Of a stretch of DNA of 64,000 nt, positions 9,579-19,628 are shown one piece after another (position 1 is the first letter of the stretch; each line of letters begins with the position of its first letter). The DNA lies in assembly GCA_963720565.1 (NCBI GenBank), contig CAVRFW010000008.1, positions 45,415 through 109,414 of the forward strand, read 5' to 3'. The stretch comes from Candidatus Bathyarchaeota archaeon (GTDB taxonomy: Archaea; Thermoproteota; Bathyarchaeia; Bathyarchaeales; Bathycorpusculaceae). The notes below the pieces were generated by a model that had not been told where the DNA came from, searched no databases, and saw nothing but the letters and a program-made list of their open reading frames with translations. Both the position numbers and the translations under genes were made by a program.

Positions 9579-11927
9579 TCACTCCTTGATTTTTCTAATC
9601 ATTCTTGGAAGCAAGGTCGGATCCGGAATCACGGTTTCTTTCCAGCCTTTTTCATCAAGTATCTTTGTTATTTCATCTTTCATGGTCATCGGCACATCTG
9701 CCATGGTGCGTACGAATCGGTGCACGTCTTCCGGCATGACTCCGTAGAGACGCTTGCTCAGGTCAATATAGTGTGAGAGTTTGATGCTGCGTCCTTTCCA
9801 GGTGTCGTTCGGTCTGATGCATAATTTCGCGATGGCAACCATGGCTTCTTCAGGCGTTTCAACGGTTTGGAACAAGTGTTCAGGTGCAGGACCGATGTTG
9901 ACTTTGTCGCCTGTGCGGGCGTCGTAGACTTCCCAGTCTTCGGGCTTGTCTTCTCTGCCAAGGAGCATTCGGCGATATTTGCTGCCATGTGGGCCGACTA
10001 GGACTGGAATTCCTAAGCGCCAGAATCCTGCTGCAATAGCTGCGGCTTTCTGTGAATATGCGCCCCATGCTAGACCTACTGCGCCAACGCGGTTGTATAT
10101 GTAATCTGCTATTTCTTCGTAGTTGCCTCGGAGGCTGCGTTTAGCGAAGATATTTGCCACTTTAATGGCTGCGCCTGCAATGTGCGCGTTGCTGACACAA
10201 GAACCCGTATTAAGTACGCCTCCAGCTTCGAAGCCACCAGGGAATTCCTCATAAAGACCCTGACCGTCCGAATTCTTATAGGAACCTGCTGACATGGCTG
10301 CACACCCTGAAGTAACTACGATGTAACGTCTTTTTGCAAACTCTCTGCATATGTCATAGACAGCCTTGCCGCCTTTCGGGTAGTTGCTGCATCCTACGAC
10401 AGCAAGAATACCTGGGATTTCCCCGAGAACGATTGGGCTACCAACATTTCGGATTTCTGTGTCTTGAACAGCTCCGCGACCGCAACGACACAAGTTCGTT
10501 TCTTCGGTCATTTGTTTTTCTCCAGCTTTCACAATGAAGCTGTGTATCATAAGTTCCTCTGGACATGCTTCTTCACAGCGTCCACATCCGATACAGTATT
10601 CGTACAAGTCTGTCAGTTCAGCCATTGACCCCTCCGCTGCTGCTTTCAGGGCTTGCGGTATTTTGAGGTCTTGAGGACATGATCTTCGGCAAAGGTTACA
10701 TTGTTTGCAGGTTTTGGCAAGGCTCTTGATTTCCTGAACTTCTGGGAGATTCTTGAATTTCTTGCGAATTGGCTCCATCTTTTGAGCGACTTTAACCGCA
10801 ACCTCCCCAACTTTGTCTGGGTCAAGAATCAGGACACCAGGGACTTTGCCACTTACTAGGTCGGCAACTATTTCGTCTGCGGGGTCGTTTGTGCGATTCT
10901 TGAAGCCCATGCAGTTTTTCTCTGATGCAGCTATAACCGGGGCTCTAGCACGAGTTGCTTCGTCGGCAACATCTGTTCTGACGCATTGCTCGTCCAAAAC
11001 CACTACATCAGCAAAACCACTTCTCAAGAAACGCAGTTGCCAAGAGATTGGACCGACGATTCTTCCTCGGTTGTGGTATCTTGTGATATCGTGCGCGGTG
11101 CAACACAAGCCAACAACCTCTATCTTATCATCTATTTTGTTGTCTCTTGCATAGTCAATAATTGCTATCGAGGGAACAACATTGTGACCAATGCACATAA
11201 CCACTGGCTTTGATTTGTCTACTGTTCCGATACCCAGTGAAACAAGAGGAGCTTCAGGTTCGGCTTTGGGAAAGCCAAGAGTGGAAACCTGAGCGATATC
11301 GCCGACTTCCATTCCCACATGGTCAATCATACCAACATGGAATGCTTTTGATTCAAAATCTAAATTGTTACCTTCCTGCCCAGTGTGAGCAACAGCAACT
11401 GTCTGAGTAATTTGCTCTTCGGCGTATTCTAAGACTTCGTCCAAGTCTCCAAGGGTTTCAGGTTTTATGCCTGTAACAAGACGGGTTATGGGAGCTTCAA
11501 CTTTCACGTTTAAGCCACCGATGTCCAAGGGATATCTTCGACCGTATTTGTCGATCAAGTGATGAAGCATGTGCCGAGCATGAGCCGTGTGAGTCGCGGC
11601 GCCAATGCAACAAGCTATGAGCACGATACGTGATGACTGGGCAGCCATGTCTAAGCCACAGGCGCCACGCTTTCCAGCTGTCAAATCGCATTTGCCAAAA
11701 GTGCATAGACAGCACAAATCACAATCAGGCATGTAGAATGGTTTGTATCTGTTTAGGAGTTTTAAATCCCAATCTCTAAGGGTTGAGAGTGAAGGTTTAG
11801 GTGTGGGACCCATAGGTTCGGTCCAGCTGTCGTCGACAACTTTGCCGATGTTTAGTTCAAGATTTTTAATAAAACTAGTGTTGGTCTTCATTTCGCCTAT
11901 TTTTACGCGCACATTTTTAGTGGTCAA
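9579..11927 (-). CDS. cdhA: ACDS alpha subunit (CO dehydrogenase)
   Basis: EPMGPTPKP, CDLCCLCTFGKC, GHN, GLCCTAHD, two extra 4Fe-4S motifs, GSCVSNAH, AWGAYSQKA, PDPTLL. Confidence 0.97.
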   Translation of the reverse strand: MTTKNVRVKIGEMKTNTSFIKNLELNIGKVVDDSWTEPMGPTPKPSLSTLRDWDLKLLNRYKPFYMPDCDLCCLCTFGKCDLTAGKRGACGLDMAAQSSRIVLIACCIGAATHTAHARHMLHHLIDKYGRRYPLDIGGLNVKVEAPITRLVTGIKPETLGDLDEVLEYAEEQITQTVAVAHTGQEGNNLDFESKAFHVGMIDHVGMEVGDIAQVSTLGFPKAEPEAPLVSLGIGTVDKSKPVVMCIGHNVVPSIAIIDYARDNKIDDKIEVVGLCCTAHDITRYHNRGRIVGPISWQLRFLRSGFADVVVLDEQCVRTDVADEATRARAPVIAASEKNCMGFKNRTNDPADEIVADLVSGKVPGVLILDPDKVGEVAVKVAQKMEPIRKKFKNLPEVQEIKSLAKTCKQCNLCRRSCPQDLKIPQALKAAAEGSMAELTDLYEYCIGCGRCEEACPEELMIHSFIVKAGEKQMTEETNLCRCGRGAVQDTEIRNVGSPIVLGEIPGILAVVGCSNYPKGGKAVYDICREFAKRRYIVVTSGCAAMSAGSYKNSDGQGLYEEFPGGFEAGGVLNTGSCVSNAHIAGAAIKVANIFAKRSLRGNYEEIADYIYNRVGAVGLAWGAYSQKAAAIAAGFWRLGIPVLVGPHGSKYRRMLLGREDKPEDWEVYDARTGDKVNIGPAPEHLFQTVETPEEAMVAIAKLCIRPNDTWKGRSIKLSHYIDLSKRLYGVMPEDVHRFVRTMADVPMTMKDEITKILDEKGWKETVIPDPTLLPRMIRKIKE

Positions 11928-11972
11928 TATGGAACCTCCGTAAAGGTTTCGATTAGTACCAACAAGACAGTC

Positions 11973-11987
11973 TTTTTAAACTTTTCC
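11973..11987 (-). promoter_or_regulatory. Archaeal BRE/TATA promoter of cdhA
   Basis: Minus strand GGAAAAG-TTTAAAAA about 45 nt upstream of the start; GGAGGT SD at 11934-11939. Confidence 0.55.
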
Positions 11988-12070
11988 AGAAGCCATAAAC
12001 AAAAGCTATGATGGGTGAATCGAAAAGGAGTCTAAGTCGGAAGAATGTGAAAGTTGCAGACGCCTTGGAT

Positions 12071-12835
12071 TCACATATAGCCTGCGGCTTTCAAAATCTT
12101 TTTTACAGAAAGATACGCTGGGTTGTCAGAGGGCAGATCAAGCAAGGACTTGCCGGTAAGAACATAATCGTCTAGTTGCTCGTCGGCAAATATTTTTCCG
12201 AGATACTTGAACTTCAATTCGGTTTCTGCTTTGCTACCCAGATTTGCAGGGAATCTATAGCCACCTACGAGGTAGAAATTCTCAAACGTCATATCAACCT
12301 CTTTGGCAATCCGGTGCGCTCGTCTAACGTGATCCAATGATTTCTTTGAGTGGTCTAGAATGTCAAGAATGTCATCGACTTTTGATGTGATGCGCCTGTT
12401 AAGATGCTCAAGGCCGGCAGGGGAGTCAATCAAAACATACTTGTAGTTCTTGGTCAAAGATGCTAGTGCTCCTTTCAGGGCGGAGTTTGGCATGCAGTAG
12501 CAACCTTCGACCCATTTTGTGCCTACAGCTAGAAAATCGAAGTTGGGGCTTTCAAACAGACCGTTACTCCATATCTTGCTCTCTATCCTTTCAGTTGGCG
12601 CTACTCCTACAGTTGTACCTCCTTGCTCGATGAACGTGGTCACAAGCAGTTCCGAAATGGTTTTTTTGCCCGCTTCTCTAAGGTCAATTCCAACCATTTC
12701 AGCGAGATTCTGGTCGGGATCAGCATCTACCAGCAGTAGCGGAGAGTAACCAGCTTCAACAAAGCTCTTTGCAACCAAAGCTACGAAACTGGATTTCCCA
12801 GTTCCTCCCCTTCCGATTGTTACGATGGTTTTCAT
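12071..12835 (-). CDS. cooC: CooC/AcsF-type nickel-insertion ATPase (paralog 2)
   Basis: GRGGTGKS P-loop, VDADPDQNL, GCYC (CxC), DSPAGLEHLNR. Confidence 0.85.
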   Translation of the reverse strand: MKTIVTIGRGGTGKSSFVALVAKSFVEAGYSPLLLVDADPDQNLAEMVGIDLREAGKKTISELLVTTFIEQGGTTVGVAPTERIESKIWSNGLFESPNFDFLAVGTKWVEGCYCMPNSALKGALASLTKNYKYVLIDSPAGLEHLNRRITSKVDDILDILDHSKKSLDHVRRAHRIAKEVDMTFENFYLVGGYRFPANLGSKAETELKFKYLGKIFADEQLDDYVLTGKSLLDLPSDNPAYLSVKKILKAAGYM

Positions 12836-12871
12836 TCAAACAACCTCTAATCATTATGTGCTAATTCAATT

Positions 12872-13651
12872 TTAGATGCTCTTTTTAATAAACGCCTCGC
12901 ATAGCCCGTCGATGACTTCTACGGCTTCAATTTCTTTTTTCATAAGAGGTGTTTCTCCGCGCATATCCGCGTCAGTCACTCTTGGGTCAAATGGGATGAG
13001 AGTGAGGAGGGACAGACCGTTTTTCTCAGCGAAAGTGCGGATAGCGGTCTTCTGAGCTTCATTCATAACCCTATTCCCAACAAGATAGAGCTGCTTCATT
13101 TCAGCCTTTGAGGCTAGGTCATAAATGTGCTTGGCAATCTCCAGAGATTTTAAATTTGAGTCAGCCACTATGAGCAAGGCGTCCACCTGTTTTGCAGTAC
13201 CTCGACCTATATGCTCCACGCCCGCTTCCAAATCTAAGACAACAGCTTCATTTCTGTCGACTATCAAATGGCGCAGGAGAGCTCTAATAACAGCGTTTGG
13301 AGCGCACATACAACCCGATCCCATCGACTTCACCGTGCCCATTACAATCAAATTCACGCCAAAAGGAGTACTTACAGAATATTCGCGGACTATATCGTCA
13401 ACTGTAAATGATAAGCGGTAAACTCCTGAATAGCCTGTGCTTGTCTTGGAGTCAACCAACTCTTTGTTTTCCGATATGGGTACTATCTTACGGGCTTCTT
13501 CAGCGGATAAGCCCAAGGTTAAGGCAAGATTCGGTGAAGAATCAGCGTCTATTGCTATAGTTTTTAATCCTCTCTGAGCGAAACCGCGCGCAAGACCCGC
13601 TGCAATCAGGGTTTTGCCGACTCCACCCTTACCGGAAACTGCAATTTTCAT
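12872..13651 (-). CDS. cooC: CooC-type nickel-insertion ATPase (paralog 1)
   Basis: GKGGVGKT, IDADSSPNL, GSGCMC (CxC), DLEAGVEHIGRG. Confidence 0.9.
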   Translation of the reverse strand: MKIAVSGKGGVGKTLIAAGLARGFAQRGLKTIAIDADSSPNLALTLGLSAEEARKIVPISENKELVDSKTSTGYSGVYRLSFTVDDIVREYSVSTPFGVNLIVMGTVKSMGSGCMCAPNAVIRALLRHLIVDRNEAVVLDLEAGVEHIGRGTAKQVDALLIVADSNLKSLEIAKHIYDLASKAEMKQLYLVGNRVMNEAQKTAIRTFAEKNGLSLLTLIPFDPRVTDADMRGETPLMKKEIEAVEVIDGLCEAFIKKSI

Positions 13652-14017
13652 ACGTTCTCAACATGAAAAGGTTCTTTGTTAAGGTTTATTTACATTTCCA
13701 TCTGAAGCAAAGACATGCTTTAGATTGATTTGTTCATTCTGAATTAGTTCTCTTCAACATCCTCTCAGGATTACTGAACCAGTTTCAGTCTGTTTCGATT
13801 ATGTTCCAGTAACAGAACTTACATTCGAAAGCTATTCTCCCCAACGAGTCTGACCAGCTTTGTCAAATCAAGAGGTAGAGTTTTCAATGTACTTATGATA
13901 ATTAGAAGGCTTGTTTGGCAGCGAAGAAAAATGAGCAAGCAGAAATGGAAACCAACTTCATGCGGGCACAAACACTAGACAAGAAGGCAAACCCATTCGA
14001 TTTGATTAAATCTTAAC

Positions 14018-14767
14018 CTACTCTATCAGCAGAAGAAGAAGCATCGGGACCACTCCACAAATGATAGAGGCCAGCTGCAATGCGGCTTTTTTTGGTTCAG
14101 GGGCGTCTTTGCGAATTTCCGGAATTAGATCCGACCCTGCGATATAGATGAAGTTACCCGCAGCAAAAGGTATCAATAATGGTACGAAACCTTCTATGGC
14201 TGAACCCACAACAAAGGCGATCATGGCACCAAGTATCGCCGTCAACGCAGTCAGGAAGTTGAACATCAATGCTTTTCTCTTATTGAACCCACCATAAATC
14301 AGCACACCGAAGTCACCAAGTTCTTGAGGTATTTCATGGAATATAACGGCTATAGTTGTCGCTATTCCCAAGGGAATGCTGGCTATGTAGCTGCCACCTA
14401 CTATTAGCCCATCTATTAGATTGTGAACTGCATCTCCGAAGAGATTCATGTACGCAAAGGAATGCGGATGCTCTTCAGACGTTGGAATATGGCAATGCCT
14501 CCACTGTAAAAAGCGTTCTACAGCAAAAGAAGAAAGAATGCCCAGAATGATAACGAGGGAGGAGGTAGTTTGGAAGCCAGTTTCCGCCATTGCCTCTGGA
14601 ATGAGATGAAGGAAAACATCTCCAAGCAAGCCTCCGGCAGCGAAACTGACCAGGTAGATAAAGGCTTTTTTCAGCTTTTTATCAGCTAACCACATGGTCA
14701 GAACGCCAGCCATGGAAATGGTGCTGATAACTGTTACGCTTAATAGGCCTATTATCCAGGCTTCCAT
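14018..14767 (-). CDS. ZIP family divalent metal transporter
   Basis: SFAAGGLLGDVFLHLIPE, GDAVHNLIDG, HEIPQELGDF, IAGSDLIPE; His-containing loop RHCH...EEHPH. Confidence 0.92.
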   Translation of the reverse strand: MEAWIIGLLSVTVISTISMAGVLTMWLADKKLKKAFIYLVSFAAGGLLGDVFLHLIPEAMAETGFQTTSSLVIILGILSSFAVERFLQWRHCHIPTSEEHPHSFAYMNLFGDAVHNLIDGLIVGGSYIASIPLGIATTIAVIFHEIPQELGDFGVLIYGGFNKRKALMFNFLTALTAILGAMIAFVVGSAIEGFVPLLIPFAAGNFIYIAGSDLIPEIRKDAPEPKKAALQLASIICGVVPMLLLLLIE

Positions 14768-14834
14768 TAATTATCACGAATAGCAAACGCACGCGGAGTT
14801 ATTAAGTCTTGCCAATTTCCTATTATATTATACA

Positions 14835-14864
14835 TATTTAAGAGAGATATCTTAATAAGATAAC
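14835..14864 (+). promoter_or_regulatory. TATA box plus perfect palindrome (candidate NikR operator) directly before the nikR start
   Basis: TATTTAAG at 14835-14842; TATCTTA-a-TAAGATA at 14848-14862; ATG at 14866 (leaderless-like spacing). Confidence 0.5.
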
Positions 14865-14865
14865 T

Positions 14866-15252
14866 ATGAACATCTTGAGCGTTTCAATTCCGAAAAGCCT
14901 GTTGGAGAAGGTTGACAACTACATAAGCGAGCAAGGTTTCGCGAATCGCTCTGAAATCATCAGACAAGCTCTAAGAGCCTACATGGCTGAAGGCCTAAAA
15001 CTCGGTGAGCTCCAAGGAAAAATCACAGCTACAATAACAATCATCTATCAAAAAGGGGCTAGGGCAGGAAAGATACTGGACATTCAGCACAAGTACAGTA
15101 GTTTAGTCTTAACATTCCTTCACACACATGTGGAAGAAGCTTATTGCATCGAAATCATGGTAGTCAAAGGAGACGCCCAAGTCGTGAAAGCTTTCGTATC
15201 GGCCTTGAAGGCAAATAAACAAATCTCAGAGGTCAGAGTTACGCTTTTGTAA
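14866..15252 (+). CDS. nikR: Nickel-responsive regulator NikR
   Basis: N-terminal ribbon-helix-helix (LSVSIP...NRSEIIRQALR); Ni ligands retained in IQH and HTH...C (HTHVEEAYCIE). Confidence 0.88.
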   Translation: MNILSVSIPKSLLEKVDNYISEQGFANRSEIIRQALRAYMAEGLKLGELQGKITATITIIYQKGARAGKILDIQHKYSSLVLTFLHTHVEEAYCIEIMVVKGDAQVVKAFVSALKANKQISEVRVTLL

Positions 15253-15510
15253 AGAAGCCACGACCAGAAAAAAGGGCTACATCGAACAAACCTCGCTATG
15301 ATTGAAGCCCATTGTTAATCTCAGAGTTGTATGCTGACAAAGGCTCAGCTTCTTAGGCTCAAAGAATTGACTATTTTTCGCGTAGAACTTTAGGTTTGTA
15401 CATGAGCTTGTGGAAAAAATAATGATAGAACCAAAATAGAGAGGCGTCGCACTCATGCAAAAGATATTTTAGTCCAGACCTATCTCATCATTACCCAAGA
15501 TGATGTCTCT

Positions 15511-16236
15511 ATGAAAATATTAAACGAGTTTGTTCCAACACGCAAATTTCTGAAGCTAGCGGAAGAAATCAACGGTCTGGTAGACGGATGGAACGTAACT
15601 GACAGCGCAGCTGGATTTCCAGCGCCCAGCGGCACAGTTGTAAGCTGCATTCTCAAGTCTAAGTACCCTGAAAAAATAGTCGTGCCGATATTCATACTGC
15701 ACTACAAGGGTCCGGTTGAAGTGGGAGGCTTGGCTTTAGCGTCAGACATAATTGGTCTCGACGGTTTGGCAGTGACCATGGGTGACAACCCGAAGTACGG
15801 AGAACCGATAAAAATGCTAAAGTCATCCGAAGAAGCCCGAGACTTCCTACGCACATCAGTGAAACTTAAGAATCTAAAGCTAGGCTGCTTGTTGACAGCA
15901 CGACGATCTGTGGAAGAGACCCTAGAACGCGTAAGGGGCGCTTGGGACTTTATCTACTTCATGAGGCTAGAAGAAAAAACTTTTCCGATACTGGAGCAAG
16001 TCGCTAAGGAATGCAAACGACTAAACAAGCCAATATACTCTTACTTCCTGGTGGGAACGCCTAAGAACGTGGAAACTGTGAAGATGATTGGTTGGCCAGT
16101 CACCACAACTATGGACAAAGTGGAAGAAACCGCTGCAAAATTGGACGGCCTCGTCGACGGCATAATAGCAACATGTGCTGGAGATGCTGAAGGCGACAAA
16201 GAGATGCTGCAAAAACTGCAGAAATTCAGAAAGTAG
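15511..16236 (+). CDS. Short, divergent methylenetetrahydrofolate reductase (MetF)-like protein
   Basis: EFVP, NVTDSAAG and AVTMGDNP correspond to the MetF E..P, VTD and GD.P motifs; only 241 aa. Confidence 0.6.
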   Translation: MKILNEFVPTRKFLKLAEEINGLVDGWNVTDSAAGFPAPSGTVVSCILKSKYPEKIVVPIFILHYKGPVEVGGLALASDIIGLDGLAVTMGDNPKYGEPIKMLKSSEEARDFLRTSVKLKNLKLGCLLTARRSVEETLERVRGAWDFIYFMRLEEKTFPILEQVAKECKRLNKPIYSYFLVGTPKNVETVKMIGWPVTTTMDKVEETAAKLDGLVDGIIATCAGDAEGDKEMLQKLQKFRK

Positions 16237-16528
16237 AACGAAACCTTAACAGTATCTTCATAAGCGGTTCATCTTTCCTTTTTTCTTCATAATTGTGCGA
16301 TTCAAGATTTTTTGGGAATAGGCGAAGAATACGCTTTAGAAGCATATCTTGCGACAATACCACCATTTTTTCTGCGACCCGAACCGAAAACCACAGATAC
16401 AGTTTCCCAGTGAATGCTAAAGCAAAACAGGATTAACATCAGGCGCAACATTCTTCTTCCAGTATTGCAACCCTAACCCTTATCAAATGACTTAATCGTG
16501 AACTCATAACAAGAGAAGAGGGGTCTGA

Positions 16529-17293
16529 ATGAGATCTGTAAACGTAATAGCCGTCGAAAACTTACCTCTTATAAAGAAGGGAGATGACATTGCTGGACAA
16601 ATTTTTGACGCCGCTAGAAAGCAGAAAACGCCTATACAGGAAAAAGATGTTATAGTCATAACCCACGTTGCTGTTTCGAAATCAGAGGGAAACGTCGTCA
16701 ATCTTGATGAAATTTCTCCGTCGGCGAGGGCAGAAGAAATAGCGCGTCAAACGGGGAAGGATCCAGCGTTGGTCGAGGTAATTCTGCGCGAAACCAAAGA
16801 CATCGTACGTTTAGGAAATAACAGCCTCATCACAGAGACTAAGAGCGGAATTGTCTGTGCGAATGCCGGGGTAGACAAGTCCAATATTGAGGGCGAAAGG
16901 AACGTGGTTTTGCTGCCTGAAAACCCTGACGCTTCTGCCCAGAGAATTAGACACGAAATCATGAGGCTATCAGGTTGTGACGTGGCGGTAATTGTTTCTG
17001 ATACTCACGGGAGACCCTTGAGAATGGGAGAGATAAACGTTGCAATAGGAGTAGCCGGATTGAAGCCAATAAGGGATAGACGCGGAGAAAAAGACCTGTT
17101 CGGATATGTCATGAAGATAAAGCAAACTGCAGTGGCTGATGAATTAGCATCTGCCGCTGAACTTGTTATTGGACAAACAAACGAAGGGATACCCGCAGCA
17201 ATCATAAGAGGATATGACTATCTCGCAGACGAAAACGTCTCAGCAAGGTCGCTCACAAGACCGAAAGAGAAAGACCTGTTCAGAAGAACTTGA
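16529..17293 (+). CDS. cofE: Coenzyme F420-0:L-glutamate ligase
   Basis: LPLIKKGDD, VSKSEG, CANAGVDKSN, SDTHGRPLRMG, ADELASAA. Confidence 0.95.
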   Translation: MRSVNVIAVENLPLIKKGDDIAGQIFDAARKQKTPIQEKDVIVITHVAVSKSEGNVVNLDEISPSARAEEIARQTGKDPALVEVILRETKDIVRLGNNSLITETKSGIVCANAGVDKSNIEGERNVVLLPENPDASAQRIRHEIMRLSGCDVAVIVSDTHGRPLRMGEINVAIGVAGLKPIRDRRGEKDLFGYVMKIKQTAVADELASAAELVIGQTNEGIPAAIIRGYDYLADENVSARSLTRPKEKDLFRRT

Positions 17294-17342
17294 CATGAAG
17301 ACTGATAACTTGAAAAATAGCTAATTCTCCAAAAAGAAAAGC

Positions 17343-18021
17343 ATGTTGACAAATATCAAGGGGAACAACACGACAAAGGAAACAACGAAATCGATCAAAA
17401 GAATCAGCGGTGATTTAGCTGAAGCTGGAAGAAGACTTCATCGGACAAGGATTAGTTATAGGAAATAGCGGAAACATCAGCGCTCGTATACCGGGCACAA
17501 ATACTCTCTTGATAAAGCCTTCAGGAGTTAGCCTAGAATCGTTGAAACCGGAAGAACTAGTTGTCGTAGACCTTCAAGGAAACAAGGTTAAGGGAAAAGC
17601 AGCTGTTTCTAAGGAAACACCCATACATACTGCAATCTACAGAACTCGAGAAGATGTTCAAGCGGTGGTCCACACGCACCCACCTACAGCTACAGCGTTC
17701 GGAATAGCGAAGATGGAAATTCTTCCACTACAGATCGAGATGTTCATCCAACTTCCAAATGGAGTCCCCATTATCCCTTTTGAAACCCCAGGCTCAAAAG
17801 CGCTCGCGGAGAAAATTCAGAAGAAAATTGCGAATTACGACGCTTTGATTCTGGAGAACCATGGAATTGTGACGATTGGCTCAACCATTGAAGCAGCTTG
17901 CAACTTGAACTTAATGGTTGAGGAGGCAGCAAAAATCCAGTTTCTGGTAATGTCTCTGGAAGGCAAGACCGAAATGAATCTGGCTTCGCTGAAGAAAAAA
18001 TTCAAAAAACAGAATCTCTAA
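17343..18021 (+). CDS. Class II aldolase/adducin family protein (FucA-like), one frameshift
   Basis: ATG 17343 frame (...LAEAGRRLH) joins GLVIGNSGNISAR/KPSG after a +1 shift near 17443; SKETPIH, HTHP and LENHG motifs. Confidence 0.85.
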
Positions 18022-18051
18022 GAATAGCACAGTATGGAAGACGGATAAAAT

Positions 18052-18381
18052 ATGGAAGCTAAAACCCCTAGAGAGTTTTTCGAGAAAATTCTGCCGGGAA
18101 GATTCAAACCGGATAAGGCAGCAGGTATCGAAGTGACCGTTCAGGTTAGTATCGTCGGAGAAAACGGAGGCGATTGGGTAGTTACAATAAGTAACCAGCA
18201 GCTAGAAGTGAAAGAGGGAACGCATCCATCTCCCCAACTGCTAGTTAAAATGAAGGAGAAAGACTACCTAGATGTTGTTAACGACAAGATGAGTGGACAA
18301 AATGCCTTTTTCTCCGGCAAACTTCAACTCAAGGGCGACATTATGCTGGCGCTGAGATTGAAAGACATGGGATTTCTCTAG
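18052..18381 (+). CDS. SCP2 sterol/lipid-binding domain protein
   Basis: GGDWVVTI...AFFSGKLQLKGDIMLALRL. Confidence 0.85.
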   Translation: MEAKTPREFFEKILPGRFKPDKAAGIEVTVQVSIVGENGGDWVVTISNQQLEVKEGTHPSPQLLVKMKEKDYLDVVNDKMSGQNAFFSGKLQLKGDIMLALRLKDMGFL

Positions 18382-18606
18382 AATTCAGGAGCGAACGCTT
18401 GCTAAGCAATGATTTTTCGCCTTAGACATCACTACGGACATGAAATGTATTACTCAGAAATTACAGCTTATAGAGGCTGCCTCCAGAATCCGTCACTTCT
18501 TAACTTTCGAACAATTTCTGAAGCTTACATCAAGGGGCCAATAACCAAACATAAAGAACAAGAAGCGCCTAATCTTCAAGGGATACCAGATGGTCGAACG
18601 CAAACG

Positions 18607-19107
18607 CTAGTAAAGCGAAGCTACGATCGCCGTTACCGTTCCTTGAATATTGGGAACTTCATCTTGTATCTGAGAAATGAGGAGTTTAAGGTCATGCGTA
18701 TCATTTGCTCGGACAGCGCATATTATATCATAGAGGCCGAAGACGGTCTCAGCCGACAAGACTTTTGGAATACTCTGCAACTTTTCCTGCACCAACTCGA
18801 GATTTCTAGGCTGAGTGTTAAGGAACAAGAAGGCATATGGTTCCTCTATGAACTCTTTGCCTTCCGAAATGACGATGAGAGTCTGGGTCTTCTCAACTAG
18901 CGGGTCTTGAGGAGTTATTGTTCTGATACGATCAAACCATTCTTTGATGAACTCATCAAGGTCTTTCAAGTTGTCAAGCCGAATCAGAATATCAACGGGT
19001 CCGAAAAGCAAAAAGACATCTTTCTTAGTAAGGTTCATTTTTATTAGCTCGTCAAGCACCCTGTTAAAAGCACCCGGTTTGCAGGCTAACGTCATGTAGG
19101 CTTTCAT
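18607..19107 (-). CDS. Tandem Lrp/AsnC ligand-binding domain protein (no HTH)
   Basis: Two repeats: AYMTLACKPG...LFGPVDILI and AFLFLNTQP...VFGLYDII...GTVTAIV. Confidence 0.75.
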   Translation of the reverse strand: MKAYMTLACKPGAFNRVLDELIKMNLTKKDVFLLFGPVDILIRLDNLKDLDEFIKEWFDRIRTITPQDPLVEKTQTLIVISEGKEFIEEPYAFLFLNTQPRNLELVQEKLQSIPKVLSAETVFGLYDIICAVRANDTHDLKLLISQIQDEVPNIQGTVTAIVASLY

Positions 19108-19189
19108 GGTTAGTCATAGAATTATTGTTTCTTCTCACTGATAAGTTTAGCGTGTTTCGAACCGACGAGGCGCCAGTTGGAGAAACATC

Positions 19190-19456
19190 TCAGACATCGC
19201 GAGTAAAAGAAGCGAATACACGACGACAAAAATTTATGGATTGATAGCTGACGGTTCTCTGAAGAACTCCCAAGCTATGTTGAATCGCCAAGGGTTGCCC
19301 TTCAGTTAAGACTATTTTTGCATCTTCAACGTCGATTAAGCCTCTCTGTTTCAGGGTTGCAATAGCTCGAGGAAATGCTTCTTCATGAAACTTGCCGAAT
19401 CTGCTCCTGAAACTCTCGCGTTCCACAGGCACTCGAATGTAGATAAGCGTGGCCAA
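19190..19456 (-). pseudogene. Probable remnant of the C-terminal domain of a HemN-like radical SAM protein
   Basis: FRSRFGKFHEEAFPRAIATLKQRGLIDVEDAKIVLTEG resembles HemN_C; no radical SAM core upstream. Confidence 0.45.
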
Positions 19457-19628
19457 TGTTCAATTGTCTCAAACGGCCAACCATTGGGTTCTCTCGTGTC
19501 AATTCCTAGCCCACCTACTGCAAGAATACGTCAGATTAATTTAAATCCTGCTCGCGTGCATTGCTTATTTCGACACCTATTTATTCTGACTCAAATAATG
19601 GAAAAGCGTAGATTGGAGAAAAGAAGAG

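Noticed and set aside
13652..14017. 366-bp gap between zip and cooC as a hidden gene or riboswitch
   Set aside because: No credible ORF, and no cobalamin or NiCo riboswitch consensus or strong stems were recognisable by eye.
16237..16528. 49-codon minus-strand ORF (MLRLMLILFCF...) upstream of cofE
   Set aside because: No motif support; the region also has to hold a terminator tract and the cofE promoter.
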